A stretch of DNA of 41,429 nucleotides from Porphyridium purpureum. Taxonomy: Eukaryota. Positions 19,681-29,522 of this stretch are shown here, piece after piece. Made by a program: the position numbers and the translations under genes. How positions within the stretch are numbered: the first letter of the stretch is position 1; the number at the start of each line of letters is the position of its first letter. Below the pieces are notes generated by a model. That model made no database searches. It was not told where the DNA came from and saw nothing but the letters and a program-made list of their open reading frames with translations. The stretch spans positions 1 to 41,429 of the forward strand of contig VRMN01000034.1 of the NCBI GenBank assembly GCA_008690995.1, given 5' to 3'.

Positions 19681-21558
19681 GTGGCTAACGCTGCGGCTTG
19701 TCAACCTCGACAAACGCAAAGCCACGGACGCTGGCCGGCTGTTCTGCCTTGTCGTCACAATCAATCGTCGCGGCCGCGGCAGTCGTCGCTCGTTTGCCCT
19801 TGATGTCGGAACCCGTACACGGTGCTGTGTATGTAGCTAGACCCCTGCACGCAGATCTGATCAGCCGCTCGTCCCGTCGGCCCGACTTTGTGCCGCGTGC
19901 GCTCGTGTTTAAGTGGCGGACAGACGACGGCACATGCTGTGGATGGCAAAGGAGAAGGGATGAGGCTGGTTTGTTGTGCGTTGGCAAAGCAGTACGGCTT
20001 TACGCGGTTGCGATCTCTTCGTGGGATGCGGCGGTACGCGGTAGATTCTTTGTTCGACGGGTAGGACGGGAAAAACTTTGGCGCACCGGTGCTTGGACGG
20101 GACGGCGTGCGCCGAACCTCCGCGCATCTCTCTTCCGGCCAGCACCACCGAGGAATGTCTTGACCTCGGTCGGGTATCACCGTGCTGATACCGACGCTGC
20201 ATTGTTGGGGGAAACGGTGCTGTCGTAAATCACAGTCGGCTCGGCTCTCGCCCTTGCATCCATGAGAACGAGTCGAGGTCATTCACGGCACACTTCAGCA
20301 TTCAACTTGCACGTGGAAATAACAATCGCGGCGGATCGTTGATGGCGTTTTGCCCGGAGCGCAACAAAAAGGACGAGCGTCTAGAGGTCGAAACACACAC
20401 CCTCTTGTAGGTCGATTATTTACTGCACCACCCGCACGCTCATGCTCCGCCTTTGATTCGCCTAGTCGAGTGCATTCTTCGCCCGAGTCGTGTTGGACGA
20501 CGGTCCCTCCGAGTAGCGCGGGACCGCCACCGAGTGGGCCAGATTTGGTCACCGATACAGCAATGAACAAGCAACGCATTTGCCCGCACGCACTCGCGCA
20601 TGACGAGAGTGCCTTGTCCTTGAATCGCGGGTCGCGCCACTCAAAATATAGCGTCAAAACCGCGAACCGCTTGATCGGCCTGATTCCTTGCCACATGCCA
20701 TGCGGTTCGCTGAACGAGGACCGCGGCTCGCTGCCACACAAGAATGATCAGTTCAAACACACTTTGCTTTCCGCGTCGCCGTCGCGGCTGTGCAGCCATG
20801 AACCAAACCAATTTTTGACGTCGGCGTCATCGACATTGTCATCATCATCGTCACCTTTTCTGAGCCATCCCTATTCAAGACTCCTACCCTACACATCCAC
20901 GCAGAGACGACACGCACTTGGTACCGTTGCTTTTTTGAGCAGGCGAAATCTTGCCGTGCGCCGCGGCTCGGTCACGTTCACGCTTCACGGCAGCCGATCT
21001 GGACGGTCACTGAGAAACAGACTTGTCTGGCGTGGCTCTTCGAGCGCCCGTTCTACCAAATTTTAAAACTCGCCGCCAGCAGCAACTGGGGAATGCACAT
21101 CTATGAGTCGACGACCATGTATTCGCGTATTCCACGTCGCTCAATGACGTCAATGTTGTCCAGATGCAATATCGAGTACCAGTGGAGGCGTTAGTTGAAC
21201 GAACTGCAAGGTCCAGGAATTTCGCCCAAAGGCCGCGAAAAGTCGAGGTATTCTCGAAGGCGCCGATGGTTCCGAGTGGCTGTAAGTGTAAGCCATAGAA
21301 CATGTAAATCAGGCTAGAGCTAGCCGTCACCCGAACATGTCTGTGCTTTGAAGGAGATTGTTGCTGAATCCGTCACTCGCTTGCGCACCCCGGCGCGTGT
21401 TGTGCGCAAACGAATACCGGCGCCCGCTTCACGCTTGAGTCCTTTGATGTCTCTGCTCTCCTCAGCGACAGCGCTCAACTCTAAATTCTGAAAGCAACGA
21501 TTCTACTGTTCACTGGCAACGAAGCTATGCATCCATGATTTACTCAGGAAGAAAGCAC

Positions 21559-21976
21559 TGTCACAAAACCCGGTTTTACGGGGTTTTGTGCCCCGGAGAG
21601 ACCGCGAAGGCGTAGGGAAGAACTGCTACACGTCAGGCAGTGGGCCCGCCACCACGGACGTGAGGTCGGTCTGCAGGAGGTGATCTTCAGAATCCCTTGC
21701 TGCTTATAAGGACAACAAACCCTTTTTAACTAAATGTTCTTCACTACGCTCATCTCTGGTCCTCCTTTTTCTCCCGTCATTAGCTTGCGGGAGACGGAGT
21801 CCACTTTATATACTTCGCACGAGGTGACCGCTGTACGCCGGGCTGGCGTGGGACGAGATCCTGCGTGAGAACTATCTTGCGAGGCTCGGCATGATCCCGT
21901 GCCTGTCGACAGCCCGGAGAAGCGATGCGAGGTGCATCTCTTAGTACAGTGGCTTGGAAGAGTGAACTTTCTGACA
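21559..21976 (-). repeat. 3' LTR
   Basis: Direct repeat of 26581-26998 with 3 substitutions seen by eye. Confidence 0.97.
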
Positions 21977-22082
21977 CTAGCCCGACCTCGTTTTGTTGTT
22001 TGCTGAGCGCGAGTGCGATGCTCAACGTTGAACCTGCTTGCGTAAGCGCAAATTAACCTTCTCCGAAAAACGTGAGAATGTT

Positions 22083-25000
22083 CTACTGAAGTAGATACAC
22101 ACGCGCGCTGGCAACGTCCGCTAGTTTACCGTGGCGTAACACGCGTCGCCAGAGCGGGCAGTCGCGCTCTTTGGTGAGCGCGTCGGCAACATTGTTGGCG
22201 CCCGCGACATGCACAAGTTCTGCGATCCGCCCCAGCGCCATGCCTTCCCGGAGAAGCAGAAGTCGAATCATCTGCCTCTTTTCCTGGAGAATGGAGCTGC
22301 TTGCAACCGAGTCGTATATTTGCTTTGAGTCAGTGGCGAGGACAATGGGCGCATCTAGCCCGCACTGATGTAGTTCGTTCTGTATGCCTTCAGCGAAATC
22401 GTATGCCAACACCAAAGCCAGAAGTTCAGCACTCATGGCTGAGTGTGCCACCTGTTTGGCCTTATGTGACGAAGAATGCAGATGGTGTACTGTGTCAGAT
22501 GAGTCACCAAGGAAAATCGCGAAACCAAGTTGGGAAGTGTGGTCGTGATTAGAGGCGTAACTGGCATCTGCAAATACGCGTATCCTTAGCGTCGCTGGGT
22601 CTAGTGGGGCATATCGCACTTGTACTCGGTGATGGTTCACATACTTGGCGAGTCGCACAACCTTTCTCGCGTGTTCTTGAGTAAAAGAGCTTGCTGTCAC
22701 TTGGGCCAATTTGGCTGTTGCGCACTGGATGTCTGGGCGCGTGCCTGATGACAAGTAGGCCAGCTTGCCGCGTATTGAGCGAAATTCCTCGAAGGTCTGC
22801 ACATTCGGGATGCTTGATCCGAAGCATCTTTGGACATAAGCATCTTGGTCTATTGTCAAAGTCCGTCCTCGGGTGGTGACATGTGTCCCATTGAATGTAA
22901 AAGGCGGATCGAAACGACCTTTGTTATCGAGTCCAGAGGCAACTTTGGACTCTGCGGCGAACGCCGCCTCTTCGCCAAAAATCAAAGAATCGTCCACAAG
23001 CACGCCGACACCGCCGAGGAATGATTCTTCGGATCGGAGATAGAAGACGCAAGGGTCGAGACCGGCCGTATTAAAGCCTATATCACGGAGTCGCTTGGTC
23101 AGTGTGGCATGCCAGTAGGTCCCCGACTCTCTGAGTCCATACAATGGCTTGACTATCCGGGCGTATTGAGGGAATACACTTTCCGTGATTTTGGAAAGGA
23201 TGTCCCGCACGTCAGACTTTAGCCGGATGAATACTTTGCGCGATAGGTCCCACTCACTCTGCAAGTATGCTTGAGCAAAATCGCGGTATGCGATTCTATG
23301 CCCCCGGATCACTGCTATGGAAAAGATCGTGCGCATCATAAACCGCGATAGCGTTGGCGCATTTATGGTTGTGGATTCCGCGCCCGGATCCCGTGTTTTG
23401 ATGCCTTGTGCGACGAAGCGGGATTTGAAGGTACCGTCTGCCTTGACGGTGTTTTCCATTCGCGAGCCTAATAAAGTCGCGCCCGGCGGTACTTCATGCA
23501 CTGCTTCAAGAGTGCCTCGATCGATTAAGCCACGAAGCTCCTTTTCCTTTGCTTCTTTCCATAAATCATCCTCGACATGGTCTGCGCTATCGAGCTTGAG
23601 AATTAGATTTTCCCGTACGTCTGTGGCTCGCAAATATGGTTTCACATTGTGGATGCTGAATGATAATTGTCTTGCCGGACCTCTCATATTCGGCACGAGC
23701 ACCCACACCCGGTTTCCATCAACCTTGGCGCACACAAACGGGCCCCCATACTCATACGCTTCTTCGCGGCGCACGAGGACCGGGACTCCAGCTTCAATTC
23801 TGTCCCCCTCCCGCGGAAATTCAGGGGCTCGGCTCGCCAATGCTGCTTTCACACGATATTCTGCAATGGCGCGTTCATACGCGCCCCGCGCAATTATGGC
23901 CGCGGAAAGGCGGGCAACATTCATTTCGCGGGAATCTTCTCGGGCCGATTCTGGTCGCATGGCCAGTCGTGGTATTGTCCCAAACACCAGAAGGCTGGGA
24001 ATTACACCTTCTGGGCCGGTGGTTACATTGACCGCCCGTACAGCGATGGCGAGAGAGTCCTCTGGAGTCAAACCTGGTTGGTCGCGGCGGACTCGTAGAT
24101 ACGTTTTCCGTAGAGGCTCATGGTGTCGTTCCACCGTTCCTTGGGACCAATGCGACTCTATGGGGACGACGTCTACGACAGAGCACTCCCCTAGCATGAG
24201 CGCCTTAAAGTCGGCTGACGCAAAATTACTCTGGTGGTCCACTGTGATTCGATGCGGACTACCGAATACAGATATCCATCCCCGGAAAAATAAACAGAAC
24301 AGGTCTTGAGCAGTTTCTCCGGACACAAACCATGCCCCGTTGAGCTTTGTGCCATTGCAGACTGCGTGTAGAACCGGGATGGATGGACTTGTTGCATCTG
24401 GATTCAAGTACATGATGTCAAGCGATACATTGTGGTTAAATGAAACCTCAATTTCCGCAGCAACTTTGAAGCTGCTTCGCCGCCCGGAATACCACTGGCA
24501 AATGTCACACACGCGCAGCATGTCGTGTAATTTCTTGTACTGTTCTGATGACAACGGGTTCCCAGAAAGGCGCAGTATCTTCTTCATCTGGGCGGCGCTT
24601 GCGTGTCCGAATCTTTTGTGAATATTTTTGAGCTCGGCGTCTGTGAACAGTAAAGCTTGTTCGGATGACTCCACATGGAATAATCCTTTCGAAAACGAAT
24701 TTGCCGGGATCGATATGTGTTTGGAAGGCGCCACTTCTAAGCGGATGTCAAAGTTCGGCCCTTGTAGTCGTAGAGGTGGTGGTTCACGTACCACGTTCAG
24801 TCGGTGACGCTCGAGTTCGTCGTTGCCGATGAGGATGGGCAGATTTGAGCCTTGGACCACAATGAAATGGAAAGAAAGAAAGGCGTCTGCACCAATCCCG
24901 ACACGCACGGTCCCGACTCCGACCGGCTCCAGGCGCTTTCCCCAGACAAGTGTTGGGAGTTCTTTTGGTACGGGTTCAAGTGTCTTAGGTGACCCTACGG

Positions 25001-25130
25001 TTTCACAATATTCGAAAAATGCGGCCACGCCTGCGACCGAAATCGGGGCGCCCGTATCCACAAACACACCTCTCCAGCGGCGCAGTGGCGCTGTGCGGCC
25101 GGAAATCCCACATATCGCCACCTGCACCAT
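22083..25130 (-). CDS. pol: Copia Pol polyprotein (protease, integrase, RT, RNase H)
   Basis: PR: VFVDTGA. IN: HKRFGH...CDIC, VSLDI, TVDHQSNF, VERHH. RT: KSRFVAQG, DFAQAYLQ, KPLYGLRESG, VLVDD. RH: FADAS, AELLAL, TDSK, NVADALTK. Confidence 0.95.
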   Translation of the reverse strand: MVQVAICGISGRTAPLRRWRGVFVDTGAPISVAGVAAFFEYCETVGSPKTLEPVPKELPTLVWGKRLEPVGVGTVRVGIGADAFLSFHFIVVQGSNLPILIGNDELERHRLNVVREPPPLRLQGPNFDIRLEVAPSKHISIPANSFSKGLFHVESSEQALLFTDAELKNIHKRFGHASAAQMKKILRLSGNPLSSEQYKKLHDMLRVCDICQWYSGRRSSFKVAAEIEVSFNHNVSLDIMYLNPDATSPSIPVLHAVCNGTKLNGAWFVSGETAQDLFCLFFRGWISVFGSPHRITVDHQSNFASADFKALMLGECSVVDVVPIESHWSQGTVERHHEPLRKTYLRVRRDQPGLTPEDSLAIAVRAVNVTTGPEGVIPSLLVFGTIPRLAMRPESAREDSREMNVARLSAAIIARGAYERAIAEYRVKAALASRAPEFPREGDRIEAGVPVLVRREEAYEYGGPFVCAKVDGNRVWVLVPNMRGPARQLSFSIHNVKPYLRATDVRENLILKLDSADHVEDDLWKEAKEKELRGLIDRGTLEAVHEVPPGATLLGSRMENTVKADGTFKSRFVAQGIKTRDPGAESTTINAPTLSRFMMRTIFSIAVIRGHRIAYRDFAQAYLQSEWDLSRKVFIRLKSDVRDILSKITESVFPQYARIVKPLYGLRESGTYWHATLTKRLRDIGFNTAGLDPCVFYLRSEESFLGGVGVLVDDSLIFGEEAAFAAESKVASGLDNKGRFDPPFTFNGTHVTTRGRTLTIDQDAYVQRCFGSSIPNVQTFEEFRSIRGKLAYLSSGTRPDIQCATAKLAQVTASSFTQEHARKVVRLAKYVNHHRVQVRYAPLDPATLRIRVFADASYASNHDHTSQLGFAIFLGDSSDTVHHLHSSSHKAKQVAHSAMSAELLALVLAYDFAEGIQNELHQCGLDAPIVLATDSKQIYDSVASSSILQEKRQMIRLLLLREGMALGRIAELVHVAGANNVADALTKERDCPLWRRVLRHGKLADVASARVYLLQ

Positions 25131-25136
25131 AAGGAG

Positions 25137-26468
25137 TCATGCTTGCTCATCAGGATCGTTCTGGTCATAATCGACTAGTTTTTCTCGCAAAGAAGCCACG
25201 CTTTCCTTTTCTGCATCAACATCCGGGTCGGGTTCGCCCTCATTCTCCGGGTCGACCCACGCGACTCTTGAGGGCGGGCGCCCATGCTTTTTCCAGCACG
25301 TACTTTCTTCATGTCCTTTGATGCCACAAAAACTGCAAAGTTTGTCAGTTTTCGTAGCAAACCTCCTACGCGGTCCTTCAGCCTTCTGGAAGCCGGTAAG
25401 AATATCGTCACCCTTTCCGAAGAGGGTGCCCTTGTTGTAATCCATTCCTTTGAGTATGTGTGAGAACTTGAAAATTTTCTCTTCGGGATTGCGGGCCTGA
25501 ATCAAGGTGAAGAGCGGTGAAAATGTCGACGCCATGATTGCGCGGGAGACGTGGCGGGCAAGGCCGTCGGGTGTGTTATCGGGTACGTCGAGTTCGCGTG
25601 CCTCGGCTTCCACAGCGGCTCTCAGCCTGACCAACGACTCGTGTCTCGATGGCGACGACGTGATAAACTGGTCGAGGTTGAGCCGGCTTAGTGCCAAAAT
25701 ACGCTGTTCTCTCTTATCGTTTGAGTCGAATGACGACTTGAGCATGGCAAGCATCGAGTCTAAGCGCTGGTGTTGGGCGCTCGACACGAGCGCTTCGGCG
25801 CTTCCGCCCAGAATAAGCGGAAGCGCGCTTCTCGCCGTAGAGTCGTCGATGCGGAATACCGTTCGCGCTTGTTCGAATTTTCGGTACCAAGCGGCAAATG
25901 GCATGCCATTTGGCTCGCCAGTGAAGACATACCGCTCGAAGTATTTTGTAAAGGCGACTTCATTTGGACTCGAGGACGCGTTTCCTCTTCTCAGACCGCG
26001 CGACTCACCAGCTCCGCCAAGCTCGACGTGGTTTGTATCTTCGTTCCCCAATGAAGTCTGGGAGAAAGCTCTGAATGAGTCCTGAATATTGCGCCCGTAC
26101 TCGAAGTTTGGCACCCCGCGGAGGCGACAGTATCGCTGCCACGCGAGGAGGCTCGGCGGGCCGCCGTTTTCTTTCAGTAGGTCGTACGACATAAGGCTCT
26201 CAACCATCATCATTTCAATGTCATCGTTCCCCATCTCGTCGGCAGTCCTTAGCATGTCCTCGACAATTTCATTCTTCGCTTTGACGTCGAGCCATGGGAA
26301 GCGCTCTGCTGCGCGTTCAGGCCGGGATGCTGGTACCTGTGTGTCGAGTGCCGGGCTTGATCTCTGCTTCTCTGGTACCGTCGAGGATGCGCCCGCCCGA
26401 GACGAATGAGCGCCTCGTGTCCTCGAAGATACAGGGGAAGTTGGGGCGGCTTCTCCCTCACTGGACAT
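25137..26468 (-). CDS. gag: Copia Gag
   Basis: 443-aa ORF inside the LTRs with zinc knuckle CSFCGIKGHEESTC (CX2CX4HX4C). Same frame as pol. Confidence 0.9.
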   Translation of the reverse strand: MSSEGEAAPTSPVSSRTRGAHSSRAGASSTVPEKQRSSPALDTQVPASRPERAAERFPWLDVKAKNEIVEDMLRTADEMGNDDIEMMMVESLMSYDLLKENGGPPSLLAWQRYCRLRGVPNFEYGRNIQDSFRAFSQTSLGNEDTNHVELGGAGESRGLRRGNASSSPNEVAFTKYFERYVFTGEPNGMPFAAWYRKFEQARTVFRIDDSTARSALPLILGGSAEALVSSAQHQRLDSMLAMLKSSFDSNDKREQRILALSRLNLDQFITSSPSRHESLVRLRAAVEAEARELDVPDNTPDGLARHVSRAIMASTFSPLFTLIQARNPEEKIFKFSHILKGMDYNKGTLFGKGDDILTGFQKAEGPRRRFATKTDKLCSFCGIKGHEESTCWKKHGRPPSRVAWVDPENEGEPDPDVDAEKESVASLREKLVDYDQNDPDEQA

Positions 26469-26580
26469 TCTGACCCGTCAGCAGACCGCTAATCGCTTCA
26501 CTCAGGCCCGACTCCTTGCTGGATAGATCAAAGAAAGCGGACGAAGAGAGCAAACGGGCAAGCACAAGTGAATTTCGAAA

Positions 26581-26998
26581 TGTCACAAAAACCGGTTTTA
26601 CGGGGTTTTGTGCCCCGGAGAGACCGCGAAGGCGTAGGGAAGAACTGCTACACGTCAGGCAGTGGGCCCGCCACCACGGACGTGAGGTCGGTCTGCAGGA
26701 GGTGATCTTCAGAATCCCTTGCTGCTTATAAGGACAACAAACCCTTTTTAACTAAATGTTCTTCACTACGCTCATCTCTGGTCCTCCTTTTTCTCCCGTC
26801 ATTAGCTTGCGGGAGACGGAGTCCACTTTATATACTTCGCACGAGGTGACCGCTGTACGCCGGGCTGGCGTGGGACGAGATCCTGCGTGAGAACGATCTT
26901 GCGAGGCTCGGCATAATCCCGTGCCTGTCGACAGCCCGGAGAAGCGATGCGAGGTGCATCTCTTAGTACAGTGGCTTGGAAGAGTGAACTTTCTGACA
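26581..26998 (-). repeat. 5' LTR
   Basis: Direct repeat of 21559-21976. Confidence 0.97.
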
Positions 26999-28556
26999 AG
27001 CACAGCTGATTTGGGAGAATCTGCACGAAAGGAAGCGGTACTTTTTTCCCGATGACAAAGCTGGAAAAAGTCGTACGTTTCGGCGCTTTTTGGATTGAAC
27101 TCGAAAAGAGCGCGTACCCGCGAACGACAAAGTGGGGTGGGCCCAGGAAAAGAAATGGGCATCACGATACATGGAGCGGAACGTGTTGCGGTGTGCGCTA
27201 CACTTTACGTGGGGATGTGTAGGAGTGATCAACAATGGGGAGCTGGGAGTGGCTGGAACGGTTCGTGTTCAGCCCGTCACGTCTGTGGCGTCCCAAATCT
27301 TTGACACTTGCTGAGACAAGTTGTGCGCTCAGCGCCAGTCGCTCCCGCGGTTGAACACGCACGTGCGCGATTTTGAGTGTCCTGACAGTCAGTTGCTTGA
27401 AAAAATGTGGAGATGAGGAGCGCACGATTCTTAACGCGTCCGCCCCCGCGCGGCCGTGGAGGAGGCTACGCGTCTGGCGAAGACTACTGCCCGTACTTTA
27501 GCAGAAGATAATATCTTTCAAAGTACACGGCTCGACGATCGTCCGGTATTGCGTCTGATGAGTCGTAACGCACCAAGTGTGCAAGAAATGCAATCACAAT
27601 TTTTGTTTTGTCGATAATCCGAGCTGTCATGGTTTCCAGTCATCAATTCAATTACCCCGTGGTATCAGCTTACTTGGCGTAGCTTTTTGCCTGCGTGATA
27701 CGCACGCCGTGTCTTCTTCTGTAAGCCGAGGACTCGAGCAAGGTGAGAGGACAGGCAAGACAGTCACCGCGTGCAGACACAACCAATTTTTGCGACATGC
27801 GAGTGAGCGCGTGAGGGTAGTACCTTACTACCGCATGCTCGTACGCGCCCACGCCCGTGGCCAAACGGCTGGCGGACGTGTCAATCCATTTGTCTCGGCG
27901 TGAGTTGAAGGCCTCCTTCGGGGAAGCAAGCCGTGATTTTTTTGCCACACGAGTGTCAGTTTGAGGGTGTTTGGAAAAAGATTTATCCGTCCGCCCCGCG
28001 GGACAGTCCCACGAGGAGTAAGGATGAACGACACAGAGGACCGTGGCCGCAAGGGTAGCGGCTGGGCTCATGACGCAGTGAGCCGACTAAGCATTTGGCT
28101 TTGGACCGCTAGTGTGCAAACAGGAAGTCCACGTCGACTGCCACGGAGACAACATCAAATCAGAAATCCGCAGCTGCATGCTTGAGTCGGATGCTACCAA
28201 ACTCCCCTACGTCCAAGCCGACATGGGTATCCAGGACGGAATGCACAGATGGATGCTAGCCCCGTTCTCGCGCGGCGATGCCGGTCCCAGCTGCCGCACC
28301 AGACCCGATCGCTGTACTCCCGGACTGAACACCCGCAGAAACACGCGCGCTCGATTTTAGGATATTGCGAAAAGCGGTCACGCGAGACAGCCTGGTTTGA
28401 ATGCCTCGCGCGTGGCAGTCGAAAAAGGGTGCGCGCTGCTCGCAAGCGGCAGGTGTGAATGAGCTGGCGGGTAAAATCCAGACGTGAAGGCGCCAGGTGG
28501 ACAGAGGCCGGTTACAGTTGTGGGTGTGGGGTGGTGCAAGCGCAATAGGAGGCACG

Positions 28557-29522
28557 ATGCATCCGCGAGTGTGGGTTGCGGCAAGAAAGATGGTGGTGGT
28601 GGTGGTGGGCGCAGCCGTGGTGCTGAGCGCCATGCTGGCGTCAGAGTGCGGGGCGCTTCCGTACCCGCACGCCAACCGCGTGAAGCCCGAAGAGATGTCT
28701 GACACGCAGATTCGTTCGTTGGGAACAGGGAATGTAAATCAAAGAGGCTTCCAGATGTTTTCCAAGTTGAGAAAGTACTATGGATGTGTGTACCCCAAGG
28801 CAGGATGCACCAGCTGGATGTACTATCTGCGCTACATGCACCAGGGCGAGGCGGCGCGGAGGAAAGACTACACCAAGCGTGATGATGAAGAGCACGACCT
28901 CTTCTTTTTGCGCGGAAACAAGCTGAAGGAGACGCGAGCGTTCATGATGAGCAAAAGTGATAAGTACTTCGGCTTTGCCGTCGTGCGGCATCCTTGATCT
29001 CGGCTCGTTTCTGCCTTTCGATCCAAGTACGAACTCGCGTGCGCGTGCATTCATGACTGCTTCAAATGCTTTTGGAAACTGTCTCCTATAGGACAGGGAT
29101 CGGGCCCCATGACTTTTCACTTGTTTGTCCAAGTGGTGCATACGTTGGCAACGCAAGATGTGTTGTTGCTCAACGAGCATTTCTTGCCGGCCTACTTGCA
29201 GTGTGACCTTGATCAACTGCCTTACGACTTTATAGCGGACCTAGAGAATATCACCGAGACCCGATATATTGCGCAGCGCATTGGCTTTCCGGTATTGTTT
29301 GATGAAATGACGAATCCAGTCGGCAACAAAATAGAGGGGATGCACGAAGTTTTTCTGTGCAACGAGACGACTGTGCGATTGGCTCAGGAAGTGTACGAAA
29401 AGGATACGTACCTTCTTGAGTATAACTGGGATGAGCCAATGCAAGCGTGCCGTGAATATGGTCGGACGCGCTTGCCGCGCGACGACGATGAAGCAAAACA
29501 TGTGCGCTTTGCCGATTACTGA
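28557..29522 (+). pseudogene. Golgi-type carbohydrate sulfotransferase (Sulfotransfer_2-like) with in-frame TGA at 28995-28997
   Basis: N-terminal TM, 5'-PSB CVYPKAGCTSW, 3'-PB FAVVRHP*SRLVSAF, then NEHFLP...C...YDFIADLE in the same frame. Confidence 0.82.

Larger units (their letters stand above)
21559..26998 (-). mobile_element. Complete Ty1/copia LTR retrotransposon, GalEa-like, 5440 bp
   Basis: Two 418-bp LTRs with TGTCA...TGACA ends. 5-bp TSD AGCAC at 21554-21558 and 26999-27003. Domain order is gag, PR, IN, RT, RH. Confidence 0.97.

Noticed and set aside
19312..20228. Possible plus-strand spliced gene (GCTAAC branch-like site at ~19683 after the CA repeat; ORFs 19312-19803 and 19698-20228)
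   Set aside because: No recognisable domain or convincing donor site, and it overlaps the probable first exon of paralog C.
20295..21330. ORFs of 107-238 aa left of the LTR element
   Set aside because: No motifs, non-ATG starts and composition compatible with chance or decayed sequence.
27577..27640. CKKCNHNFCF...C motif resembling a piggyBac C-terminal or IBR zinc finger
   Set aside because: Isolated short motif with no transposase or RING context and no TIRs.
28995..28997. UGA-to-Trp reassignment or selenocysteine, given two in-frame TGAs in the window
   Set aside because: TGA terminates normal genes here (p24 at 3262-3264 and the sulfotransferase end), and neither site is a Cys position.
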